Below, piece by piece: positions 20,261 to 30,959 of a stretch of 33,723 nt of DNA. Position 1 is the stretch's first letter; each line of letters begins with the position of its first letter. This DNA comes from Octopus bimaculoides (Eukaryota): contig NC_068981.1 of NCBI RefSeq assembly GCF_001194135.2, forward strand, positions 183,105,890 to 183,139,612. The letters run 5' to 3'. The notes beneath the pieces are model-generated. The model saw only the letters and a list, made by a program, of their open reading frames with translations. It was not told where the DNA came from and did no database searches. A program made the translations under genes and the position numbers.

Positions 20261-21006
20261 TATAAAATATATAATATATAAAAATGTTCTCTATATCTTA
20301 TTATATTTTGCTTCATTTTTTCCCCTGTGAAGCTAATTTTTTTATTTCTTAACCACTGATTCTATTTAATTTCAACTCGATATTATTGGCAGTCTTATAG
20401 CTTTGTTCTGCACCTTTATTCTAAATACTAGTCATCCTTTCAAATCTCATCTTTATCTCGATTTTCTCTTTATATTTTTCTTACACCTATTTAACAGCAT
20501 TTCCAAGAATGTGGTAGTAAACTACCACCTCTTTGAAAATCTCCATTTTATCTCAGTCTGCATGTCTATCCACTAGTATGTTATGTACACAATAAATTTT
20601 GAGTCTCCTAAATCTGTCAGTTAGTCGTGCTGCCGGTTATAGTTTTAATGAATGGGAACTAAGATGATACTTTGCCTTCATAGGCATTCTACACGGGCGT
20701 TTCTCTGATAACGTGACGAATTGCTTTTTAATTTATTACTGTAATCTCCGAATCCCCTCCTTTTCTTATTCTGCTATGTACCTTGGTGTTGCATTTACGC
20801 CAAGATGGTTAGTGGAAGATTTCATTTGATATTACATGCTTTTTCATGAATTTATTTATTTGTATAGCCTTATATGTTAACTGATGTAACAATTCTACTG
20901 ATTATCGAAACGATTGTAATTGATTAATAAATGTAAATGTAATGCCATTATCTGCATTCCTTTGTCTATAGTTGTGTGTAAGTGTGCGTGTTTGGTCTTG
21001 CATAAG

Positions 21007-21038
<32 letters not shown>

Positions 21039-21051
21039 TGTATAGACACAA

Positions 21052-21089
<38 letters not shown>

Positions 21090-21153
21090 AAATATATGTG
21101 TATCGTTGGTGATTTTCTTTCTCCGTCTTTCCTTCTGGACTTTTTCTATATAC

Positions 21154-21180
21154 CTGATAAAGAGCTCCGCTCGAAACGTG
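21154..21180 (+). ncRNA. Degenerate hammerhead-like core in a PLE-type repeat
   Basis: CTGATAA-A-GAGC TCC GCTC-GAAACGT-G. Stem II is perfect, but G8 is replaced by A, position 17 is G and no cis stem I is visible. Confidence 0.35.
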
Positions 21181-21763
21181 AAATCCTCTTTTTTTCTTTC
21201 CTTTCCTGAGCGTCCAATAACACTGTACTTATTCCACGTCCTCGCGTTGTTGCATTTCCGTGTTTTTTCTTGCTTGTTCATGTTTGGATTGAGTATATAT
21301 AATATATTCTATACTGTATATAATAATATACATATATATATAATATATACTATAGTATATATATAATATAATATATATATATATATATATATAATGATAT
21401 ATCTTGTAATAAATACAACATATGTTTTTATGTGCTACTATTAGTTTCATGCGATGAAAGCATGCAAGACAGTATTTTTAACACGTCTGGTGTCTCAGCA
21501 CAATCTTCAGGCACTGTCTATATGGCATAGCAAGCTGAAAATAAGACGGATGAGCGAAAATGCGAGAAAAGGCGAGAGAGAAGTAGATGTAAAAGGTGGA
21601 GGGCTGAAAAACCATCGTTTTTCGGTTTTCCGACCTTCCCTCTTTGTATAATGTAGTCAAAGATACACTGTTCATAGAACTTCATAGGATAATCTCGGGT
21701 CGACTGGAGTGCCTTTGATCAGTGTTGACCAGGAGCAATATAGTTTCTTGTTGTTACTAATGA

Positions 21764-21895
21764 TGGTGATGATGATGATGATGACGACGACGACGACGAC
21801 GACGACGACAACGACGTCGACGATGATGATGACGATTATGATGATGTTGATGACGATGTTGATGATAGTGCTAATAATGATGATGATGATGATGG
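21764..21895. repeat. (GAT)/(GAC) microsatellite
   Basis: Visible. Confidence 0.95.
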
Positions 21896-22065
21896 TTTAA
21901 CCCTAGCTCATCTCTGATCGAGCAAACTTATGTTCAAAACCATTTCACCCCAACCACGCCTTCTTTTTTTTTGCACATAAATCCTACATTATCAAATATG
22001 TAGTTTCGATTTTTTTTCCTAAACGGTAGGGAATGATATAAAGGAGATTTGGCTGTTATTTCCAG
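21890..22065 (-). mobile_element. Dispersed repeat family E (unclassified retroelement-like 3' end with trinucleotide tail)
   Basis: Shares segments with 28320-28420 (GATGGTCACGGCTAGAATATCTTTGATCAT), 13430-13465, 10172-10200 and 32200-32230 (TAGAAATAGCAG..AAAT). Confidence 0.6.
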
Positions 22066-22531
22066 NNNNNNNNNNNNNNNNNNNNNNNNNNNNNNNNNNN
22101 NNNNNNNNNNNNNNNNNNNNNNNNNNNNNNNNNNNNNNNNNNNNNNNNNNNNNNNNNNNNNNNNNNNNNNNNNNNNNNNNNNNNNNNNNNNNNNNNNNNN
22201 NNNNNNNNNNNNNNNNNNNNNNNNNNNNNNNNNNNNNNNNNNNNNNNNNNNNNNNNNNNNNNNNNNNNNNNNNNNNNNNNNNNNNNNNNNNNNNNNNNNN
22301 NNNNNNNNNNNNNNNNNNNNNNNNNNNNNNNNNNNNNNNNNNNNNNNNNNNNNNNNNNNNNNNNNNNNNNNNNNNNNNNNNNNNNNNNNNNNNNNNNNNN
22401 NNNNNNNNNNNNNNNNNNNNNNNNNNNNNNNNNNNNNNNNNNNNNNNNNNNNNNNNNNNNNNNNNNNNNNNNNNNNNNNNNNNNNNNNNNNNNNNNNNNN
22501 NNNNNNNNNNNNNNNNNNNNNNNNNNNNNNN
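22066..22531. other. Assembly gap
   Basis: N run. Confidence 1.
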
Positions 22532-22540
22532 AGTAACAGC

Positions 22541-22587
<47 letters not shown>

Positions 22588-22624
22588 GAGCGGTGGTGGT
22601 GGTGGTAGTAGTAGTAGTAACAGC

Positions 22625-22662
<38 letters not shown>

Positions 22663-22785
22663 CAGCAGCAGCAGCAGCAGCAGCGGCGGCGGTGGTAGTA
22701 GTAGTAGCTGTTGTAGTAGTAGCGTTAGTGATGATGATGATGGTAGTGGTGGTGTTGGTGGTGGTGGTGGTGGTGGTGGTGGTTT
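22532..22785. repeat. Compound (GTA)/(GGT)/(GCA) microsatellite
   Basis: Visible. Confidence 0.95.
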
Positions 22786-23166
22786 TTAGTGGGTTTTTTT
22801 TTAAACTTCTGAATTAGAGCATAATGCGTCATAATTGCATCTGGGTTTAACAAAGGACGTCTTCAAAATAGCATGACGCACTTTATAGATTCAGTCCTCT
22901 TGTTTATCTAAACTATCCATTCATGCATCCCTACAAAATATTTTCCATTTAACCCCCAAAAAACCCTTTCCATTTCGCTTTTGTTCTCTTTCTATCGATA
23001 AACACTGACGTCACTTCATTGAAGTCTACAAACCTGTATGAGGTGTCGATGACTTGAACTTTGCACGCATACATCCCTTGTAACTTTTATTCAAATAGCT
23101 ATAGCACTGTGTGTATATATGTGTGTGTGCCTACATACATACATACATACATACATACATACATAC

Positions 23167-23275
23167 AAAATACCCTGTTGTTGATGTTGAAATTACAATG
23201 AAGGAGCCTTGGATCCGAGTTAGAAACCGGCTCTGTCTCTATTGGCAAGAAATCTTGAAATCAACTGAACAATGA
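23167..23275 (+). mobile_element. Short 5'-truncated copy of the R4/Dong-like 3' UTR inside (TACA)n
   Basis: High identity by eye to the reverse complement of 33069-33180; (TACA)n on both sides. Confidence 0.85.
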
Positions 23276-23372
23276 CATACATACATACATACATGCATGC
23301 ATACATGCATACATACATACATAACATACATATATACATTCATAAGATACATACATACATAACATACACAAA

Positions 23373-23605
23373 GAGCGGCGAGCTGGCAGAATCGGTAGCA
23401 CGCCGGACGAAATGCTTCGCAGTATTCCGTCGGCCGTTACGTTCTGAGTTCGAATTCCACCGAGATCGACTTTGCCTTTCATGCTTTCGGGATCGATTAA
23501 ATAAGTACCAGTTACGCACTGCGGTCGATGTAATCGACTTAATCCCTTTGTCTGTCCTTGTTTGTCCTCTCTATGTTTAGCTCCCAGTGGGCAATAAAGA
23601 AATAA
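23373..23605 (+). mobile_element. SINE A2, full length
   Basis: Head GCGGCGAGCTGGCAGAATCG, tail AATAAAGAAATAA. Confidence 0.93.
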
Positions 23606-23719
23606 ATACATACATACGTCTCCCTCCTCAGTGGAAGATTTATAATAATCGAAAAATGGAAGAGACAAACATACATAACTTTTACCTTCTACTTATAGAA
23701 GGTACCGCAGACATGCTGA

Positions 23720-24087
23720 ACTGTGGCCATGCTGGGGCGCCGCCTTGAAGAATTTTTAGTTGAATGAATCGACCCCAGTACTTAAATTTTTTACTAAGCC
23801 TGCCACTTATTCTATTGGCCTCTTTCGCCGAACCGCTAAGTTACAGGGACGTAAACAGACCAACACCAGTTGTCAGGCGATGGTGGTAGACGAACATTGA
23901 CACACACTCATATATATATATATATATATATGACGAGCTTCTACCAGTTTCTGTCTACCAAATCCACTCATAAGTCTTTGGTTGGCCCGAGGCTATAGTA
24001 GAAGACACTTATCCAAGGTGCCACGCAATGGGACTGAACTCGGAAACGTGTGGTTAGGATGCAAGCTTTTTTACTAAACAGCAACAC
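23720..24087 (-). mobile_element. SINE B, full length
   Basis: Both modules and the internal (TA)n; reverse complement of 26087-26480. Confidence 0.92.
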
Positions 24088-24125
24088 ACAGAGAAAGAGA
24101 GAGAAAGATGGATGGATATGACGTT

Positions 24126-24282
24126 GGTTTCAAATTTTTGGCACAAGGCCAGCGATTTCGACCCCAAAAGAAGGATGAAAGACAAAATAGATGTCGGCGG
24201 GATTTGAACTCAGAACCTAAGGACGTACGAAATGCCACTAAGAATTTTGTCCGGCGCGGAAACGATTCTGCCAGGTCCCCGC
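24126..24282 (-). mobile_element. Decayed SINE A with internal deletion
   Basis: GGTTTCAAATTTTTGGCACAAGGCC tail and ATTTGAACTCAGAAC. Confidence 0.8.
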
Positions 24283-24782
24283 GTTATAATGCATTAAACA
24301 TATTAAGGCTTATTTACTTTTCTCAGGTTTTATTCATCATTTAACAATCATATACTGTAGCCAGAAATATGCAGATTTAGATAAACATACGTATTCACAC
24401 AGCCACAGTCCTTTCCTCCAGACCAAAGCCTTTTGGTATAGCCCTGTAATTCAGGAAAAGTATTAACAAAAATAAACGAATAAATAATGATGCACATATA
24501 ATTTTGTGCTTACTTGGAAGATTTATTAAGGAAGCCATTCTAAAACTATTACCGCAACCATGTAATTTATTCTTATTCGTGTATGATAATGGATTTATAG
24601 AACTTCATGATAATGTATATAAATTTATGAAGTGAATCGTTAAATAGATGAAGCTTTTGTTTAATTTTCTTCTTTTTTTTTTTTTCGTACTCAAAAAAAT
24701 AAAAATCTTGCATTTAAGGGAAACACATCCATCTCTAGTTACAACAATTACAGTACGTAATTGAAAGAGCAACAGAGAAGCA

Positions 24783-24836
24783 ACGACAGAATGTTAGGTA
24801 TGGCTCTGCACGACAGAATGTTAGGTATGGCTCTGC
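24783..24836. repeat. Perfect 27-bp tandem duplication
   Basis: ACGACAGAATGTTAGGTATGGCTCTGC x2. Confidence 0.95.
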
Positions 24837-24976
24837 GCTGTGTGTGCTTAATCACTCCGAACGATCTATTCCAGCTTTCTATAAATTGGAGCAATGAGAA
24901 GGTTTGGCTCAGACAAAATCAAAACTGTTCTTATGAGCAAAACTAAAATAGACCAGAGCTGCTATCCTAAGACGAA

Positions 24977-25246
24977 CTGCTTTTTGCCGAACTGCTAAGT
25001 TACGGGGACGTAAACTCACCAACACCGGTTGTCAAGAGGTTGTGGTTGGATAGACACAGATACAAGGACACACACGTGTATATATATTCGACAGGCTTCT
25101 TTCAGTTTCCGTCTACCAAATCTACTCACAGGGCTTTGGTTGGCCCGAAGCTATAGAAGACATTTGTCCGAAGTGCCACGCAGTGGGACTGAACTCGGAA
25201 CCATGTGATTGAGAAGCAAGATTCTTACCACACAGCCACGCCTGCG
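24977..25246 (-). mobile_element. SINE B lacking the 3' tail
   Basis: TTTTGCCGAACTGCTAAGTTACGGGGACGTAAAC...CAGTGGGACTGAACTCGGAACCATGT. Confidence 0.9.
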
Positions 25247-25303
25247 CTTATAATAAAGCCAATCGTTGTAATTTTGCGTTATACATTGCAAGTTAATGAC
25301 TCC

Positions 25304-25606
25304 ATGTGCCTGACAATATCTGACTAAATTTTCTATATCAGATTCAATGTTAGTCAAAAGAAGTTGCAAGTCTCCTCTTTGACTAATTGCAATTCTATTT
25401 TGTTGCTTAGTCAGCAATTGCGACACTGCACTAAATTCTTTCTCTACTAAATCTGAAGAATGAAAAGCAATGAACAGTAAATTAGTTTCTTGCCGAAGTT
25501 GAGAATACTTGCTTTTCATTTTGGGCCAGAATGATTCATAACCAAGCTTTTGAAAATATACTCGAGCTTCGAAATAATTTTTTAAGTCAATAATTTCTTC
25601 ATGTGC
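25304..25606 (-). pseudogene. hAT transposase C-terminal (dimerisation) remnant, Buster/Charlie type
   Basis: About 100 open codons: HEEIIDLKNYFEARVYFQKLGYESFWPKMKSKYSQLRQETNLLFIAFHSSDLVEKEFSAVSQLLTKQQNRIAISQRGDLQLLLTNIESDIENLVRYCQAH, matching the FW...KYP.L....L..F.SSYL.E.GFS.....TK.RNRL...GDLRL.L..IEP.I..L...QAH pattern. Confidence 0.88.
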
Positions 25607-26086
25607 AGTCTAGAACAATGATCCTCAAACATAAACTGCGCCTTTTCCCCACTCCCACCAAAAATATTAGTGAAAATGTTTGCCTTCCCCCATCCCCTTT
25701 AACAATGAGATGACGGAATAGAGTTTGTATCCATGTGGTTCTTCTTTCTTCGCTATGGTGTTGGACAAGTTTAAAAGTTTAACACTTAGCTACCAAGGGA
25801 GCCACTATGATTCTCAATGGGGATTTTTTCATGGATCTACATATTACTGTGGTTCAAACTACATTTTACGAATTTTAAGAAATATACAGAACACGTTTCT
25901 TAGTATTGCGCGGATGGATTTCGTTTGCGATGATATGGAATTCATCAGAATATGAGGAATCAGGTTTCATATCAGATGGGTACAATTCGCTGTCATCTCC
26001 ATCACTGGAGCGCTGCTCTCCTTAAAATAATTTTTGTGAAAAAGAAGCTATTAATCTAAAACATAATCTATAGGAAAAAAATCATA

Positions 26087-26480
26087 GGAATGGCTGTGTA
26101 GTAAGTAGCTTGCTTACCAACCACATGGTTCCGGGTTCAGTCCCACTGCGTGGCACCTTGGGCAAGTGTCTTCTACTATAGCCTCGGGCCGACCAAAGCC
26201 TTGTGAGTGGATTTGGTAGACGGAAACTGAAAGAAGCCCGTCGTATATATGTATATGTATATATATATGTGTGTGTTTGTGTGTCTGTGTTTCTCCCCCC
26301 AACATTGCTTGACAACCGATCGTGGTGTGTTTATGTCTCCGTAACTTAGCGGTTCGGCAAAAGAGCCCGATAGAATAAGTACTAGGCTCACAAAAAATAA
26401 GTTCTGGGGTCGATTTGCTCGACTAAAGGCGGTGCTCCAGCATGGCCACAGTCAAATGACTGAAACAAGTAAAAGAGTAA
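26087..26480 (+). mobile_element. SINE B, full-length reference copy
   Basis: tRNA head, CACCTTGGGCAAGTG, internal (TA)/(TG), second module and tail GGCGGTGCTCCAGCATGGCC...GACTGAAACAAGTAAAAGA. Possible TSD GAAAAAA..CATA at 26074-26086 and 26483-26495. Confidence 0.95.
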
Positions 26481-26646
26481 ATGAAAAAAGACATAAATGG
26501 AGCTATAACAGACATTTTAACACTTTTTAAATGTGTATATCATTAATGATTCTTGCAGTATACAATTAATATGTAGCAGAACAGTATAGCACGTTCATTT
26601 TATTGTAATATTTGACATCTTGTCAATGTGGTTGTTTTAACCTTAA

Positions 26647-26985
26647 ACACTGGAGAATCGGCTCACCAGAGCTTTTCTTAGCATCAAGTCACATGATCCA
26701 GTTGTTGGCCAAATTAGTTGCAGGTATTGGTCGGTTTTAGCGGTTCAATCGTATGTTTGCTACAGAGTTTGTTCCCAACGCAGGAAAAAACATTTTTTCC
26801 ATGTGGAGCCTACTCATGGTTATATAAACACGAGTTTCTCCTGCACTTTTGACCAGCCGCCATTGATCAGACACCAACCAGTCTCACAGCTTTCTTTAAC
26901 CAGTCGTCGCCCGTCTTCATCATTGCAGCAACAAGCAGTAGACAACAGCCACATCATCGAACTCAGCAGAACTGAAATCATTTGA
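26647..26985 (+). CDS. Candidate coding exon in unique sequence (strand uncertain)
   Basis: Stop-free frame of 112 codons ending ...VLAVQSYVCYRVCSQRRKKHFFHVEPTHGYINTSFSCTFDQPPL...HIIELSRTEII*; several in-frame acceptors; an overlapping minus-strand ORF also exists. Confidence 0.25.
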   Translation, partial: TLENRLTRAFLSIKSHDPVVGQISCRYWSVLAVQSYVCYRVCSQRRKKHFFHVEPTHGYINTSFSCTFDQPPLIRHQPVSQLSLTSRRPSSSLQQQAVDNSHIIELSRTEII

Positions 26986-27156
26986 ATGTTTGTTCTAGAC
27001 TGTAGTATTAACACCATTCCCTTTGGCAATCTTCTATTATTATAACGAGAGGAATAAATCGTCGCTTTTTCAAATTATTCAAATCTTATCGTTCTTCTTT
27101 ATACATCACGTCATTATAAATGGTGACCTATGAACTTTTTCCGTTATAAATTTAAT

Positions 27157-27596
27157 CTTTTCTGCTCTAGGCACAAGGCCCGAATTTTTTTTTTTTTTAG
27201 TGTTGGGGGGGTCAGTTGGTTAGATCAACCCCAGTATACAACTGCTACTTAATTTATCGACCCCGAAAGGATGAAAGGCAAAGTCGACCTCGGCGGAATT
27301 TGAACTCAGAACGTAAAGACAGACGAAATACCGCAAAGCATTTCGCCCGGCGTGCTAACGTTTCTTATTTCTTTATTGCCCACAAGGGGCTAAACATAGA
27401 GGGGACAAACAAGAACAGACAAAGGGATTAAGTTGATTACATTGACACCAGTGCGTAACTGGTACTTAATTTATCGACACCGAAAGGATGAAAGGCAAAG
27501 TCGACCTCAGCGGAATTTGAACGCAGAACGTAACGGCAGACGAAATACTGCTAAGCATTTCGCCCGGCGTGCTAACATTTCTGCCAGCTCACCGCC
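27157..27596 (-). mobile_element. Nested or dimeric SINE A (A2 unit 27366-27596 plus A1 unit 27157-27365) within one 18-bp TSD
   Basis: TSD TTCCG(T/C)TATAAAT(T/A)TAAT at 27139-27156 and 27597-27614. Confidence 0.92.
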
Positions 27597-27966
27597 TTCC
27601 GCTATAAATATAATATTCGTTCTGTACCACAGAAGTCACTTGTCATACCCATGCTGTAAATCAATGTGATGATTTATATAACGAACTAGAACATATTTGG
27701 TTAAAATAATTAAAAGACGCATAATTTATAACTAAATTAGACCGCTGGTACACAAGAAAATATGGTGTAAAATAGGCATGGAAAACAGAGTTAATTCTAT
27801 TAAGCACGGCAACTTATCGCTCCCACCACTTCACCCTAGCCCCTTTTAATCCTCATAGGCCCTTGACTTCGAGAGACACTGCTCGAGGGAATTAATCAAT
27901 TTTCTAAGAAATCCCATCAAATCCCATCTTTAACAAAATGGCACATAGAGTAATGTAGCTCTAGAT

Positions 27967-28297
27967 CAGGGTTTTTCAACCCTTTTTTACTAATAGACCC
28001 CTTTGACTTCTATTGTATTCTGATAGACCCCACCAAAGTCATTCGCTGTTTAAAAACTAGTTTTATAGAAACTTCTTTCAAAATTCCCATTTTGTTTTTC
28101 CCCCATGAACTTGTGTAGGCTGAAATATGTAAAATGGTAGAGAAAGAAATCTGGCTGTTTCTTGCAATACATATCAATACATAATCTAAAACGAATTTTT
28201 TTAGGGGCCTTTAAACTACTATTGTAGGTCCTCAATTTACTATTTTGTTTGCGTAGACTCCACAAAATCTTATATGGACCCCGATTGAGAAACACTG
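27967..28297. mobile_element. hAT (Charlie-like) MITE
   Basis: TIRs CAGGGTTTTTCAA / TTGAGAAACACTG; 8-bp TSD CTCTAGAT / CTTTAGAT. Confidence 0.88.
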
Positions 28298-28319
28298 CTT
28301 TAGATAAATAAACTGCGTC

Positions 28320-28420
28320 TGAAAAGGTGAGATGGTCACGGCTAGAATATCTTTGATCATATTTCTACTTGACTAAAACTGATGCAGGAATAAACAACAA
28401 CAACAGCAGCAGCAGCAGCA
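28320..28420 (+). mobile_element. Family E fragment with (AAC)/(AGC) tail
   Basis: Similar to the reverse complement of 21890-21960. Confidence 0.55.
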
Positions 28421-29789
28421 GCGCCAATCTATTACGTAAGATCATTCTCAGAAGCAGACGAAGGAAGAATTTGTGATAAAATTTATTCATACTTAAAATA
28501 GGTTCAAATCAACAGACACTGGCTATAACTTAGATCTCTTCTAATCCATAAATATCTCGACATTTCTCTCCTCAAGCGCGTGAGGATTTAATTACAGGAA
28601 ATTTATGAGCTAAGTTAGCAAGATTTTGTGTTTCTCTTATCACGATTATCATATACAACATGTTATATTATGTCATACTTTTATTCTTATCTGAATAAAA
28701 CCTCATGACGATATTGCTTTCATTGTTGGATACATACAAATGTTTTACTCCGTTATAACTATATAGTAAATATATTTATCTGACAAATAAAACGAATCTC
28801 GTTTTCTCTTTACGACATGATGTCCCCCATAAACCTAAAGAGGTAATAATGTTTCTATTCAGCTAAGGATTTATGTACATTAGGCCGATATAAATCAGAT
28901 TATACGATGGTTAAGCGACCAGCCTATCGGTGTCAATAGCCAGGTAGGTAAACAAAATATCTATAACAGAAACTATATTGACACAATCAGAGACACAACA
29001 AGACCACCAGAAGTAGTATGAACTCAATATCTATGGAGCGATAAATTAACCGTTTATCCACTTTGATTATCTTGCTATTACGTTTTCTCAGTAATCTTAC
29101 ACTGTGGCTCCTCTTAATGCTCAATGTTTCTTTTGCAACGATAGCAGTTTCAATTTCTTTCTTGGACATCAAAGTATCTCGAATTTCTCCTATACGTGTC
29201 TGTATTTTCCCATATACGTGTGTGTGCGCGTGTGTGTATATGTGTACGTATGTGTATGTATGTATGTGTGTTTGTGTGCGTGTATGTGTACTGTCAGTAT
29301 ATTCTCACTATTATAATTATTTTCCTTTGCTTTATATATAGGATAATTAGGTAGGTCCCATAATCTTTTAATAATCATCCGTTTTAGCAGCATTAGTAAC
29401 CTTTATAAATTTGGTTCGGGTTAACTGACATAAAATGAAAGAGAATATTGATCTTGCCTCTACCAATGATATTTGCAAATGCTTCCAATATGGAGAAATT
29501 CAGTTATCCTACCATAAAGCCATAATTATATTATACTGAAAAACAGTATACTGTATTTCCTCAGGAGTCACTTAGCAATAAATTCAGTGAAAGCGAATAA
29601 ATATAGTTATATAAGAACGTGAAAGACAAAATTCGCGGCATTATAAGAGGCTGTGGCATAATTCTAATTGTTAATTAAACTAAAAATACGCTTCTTTTGA
29701 ATGACAAGATTTTCTGATTTGATGTCTTAAGCCGATTGACCGCCAAACCAAGTTGCATGACTTATTCGTTCCTCATAGCATTGTGCTGT

Positions 29790-29794
29790 GTTGT

Positions 29795-29886
<92 letters not shown>
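29790..29886. repeat. (TG)n microsatellite
   Basis: Visible. Confidence 0.97.
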
Positions 29887-29888
<2 letters not shown>

Positions 29889-30353
29889 TTATTTCGATAT
29901 AAAATTGCGTATCTCAGTGGAAGCCAACGGCAATCCATCATTTCTGATCAGTTTAAGTGATTCTCTTTACCACTGCAAAGCGAACCTAACTATTATTTAA
30001 TCCTTAAGTACGTTTTAGAGTGATTGATTGGTTGACTTTTGCTTCGGATATTTGCATATTTAAACCAACTTTTGACCATCAGGATTCACTCAGAAACAAT
30101 TCTTTCTTTCTATAGATCATGCTGAGATTCTTTCTATATCACAACGAAAAAGGCGACAGTTTGGTAAAACAGTATAGCATCCGACTAAATTACATTCTCA
30201 GTTTCAATCCTCACACTGTGAATTGTTTTTTCTTCATACCCTATCAATAGAAAAATAATGAATCAGAAAAAAAATGAAGTTTTATTTAGCCTCACTCGCC
30301 CTTACACATCAGAGTTTCATACTAAACTACAATGGGATATATCCATGGATTAA

Positions 30354-30627
30354 GGCGGTGGACTGGCAGAATCATTAGCAGATCGGAAAATATGCTTAGT
30401 GACATTTCTTCCGGCTTTTTTACATTCTGAGTTCTAAATCCGCTGAGGTCAACTTCACCTTTCATCCCTTCGGGATCCATAAAATAAAAACCCAGTTAAG
30501 TAGTGATCAATGTAATCGACTTGTCCCCCCCCCCCTCAGAAATTCCTGGCCTTAGACCCTGTGACGGAACGGTGTCCCGTTCAGGGGGAATATTACGATC
30601 TCGGTCACTTATACGCGATGGAAACAG
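30354..30627 (+). mobile_element. Decayed SINE A directly followed by a SINE D-type 3' segment
   Basis: A body to about 30553, then CCTGTGACGGAACGGTGTCCCGTTCAGGGGG...ATACGCGATGGAAAC, resembling the V-like domain and tail of D. Confidence 0.7.
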
Positions 30628-30691
30628 AGTGACCAGTCTTCCTAGGACTGAAAAAAAATAAATAGAAATACACATAGATTAGTGATCCAAT

Positions 30692-30959
30692 CAATCAAAT
30701 GCAAATGCAAATGCACCCTTTTAAAGCCTAGCGAGGTTCACGGGCCCGGTTTCCCGGTTTCAGTGGCGTACGTGTTCCCCAGCTGGATGGGGCGCCAGTC
30801 CATCGCAGCGTTACTCATTTTTGCCAGCTGAGCGGACTGGAGCAACGTGAAATGAAGGGTTTTGCTCAATTACACAACGTGTCGCCCGGTCCAGGAACCG
30901 AAACCACAATCTTACGATCATGATGCTGACACCCTAACCACTAGGCCACGCGCCTCCAC
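30692..30959 (-). mobile_element. SINE family D, full length (tRNA head, CORE-like and V-domain-like centre), 13-bp TSD
   Basis: Minus-strand A box TGGCCTAGTGG and B box GGTTTCGGTTCC; CTGCGATGGACTGGCGCCCCATCCAG resembles the V-SINE domain; (CATTTG)n tail; TSD TTAGTGATCCAAT at 30679-30691 and 30960-30972. Confidence 0.9.

Noticed and set aside
20511-20528. Short perfect hairpin GTGGTAGT-AA-ACTACCAC
   Set aside because: An 8-bp stem is expected by chance, and no Helitron CTRR end follows.
20881-20925. CTGATGT...CGAAACGATTGTA hammerhead-like fragment
   Set aside because: The core is mismatched and neither stem I nor stem II pairs.
23006-23013. TGACGTCA cAMP-response element
   Set aside because: A single octamer is expected by chance in a window this size; no promoter context.
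29063-29341. Signal-peptide-like hydrophobic ORF on the + strand
   Set aside because: The hydrophobicity reflects T-richness, and the ORF runs into a (TG) microsatellite.
1301-30553. Regularly recurring GC-rich motif that could suggest CRISPR repeats or a multicopy gene (ORFs with RRKDERQSRPRRNLNSE)
   Set aside because: These are dispersed 200-bp SINE copies on both strands with TSDs; there is no repeat-spacer array and no cas genes.
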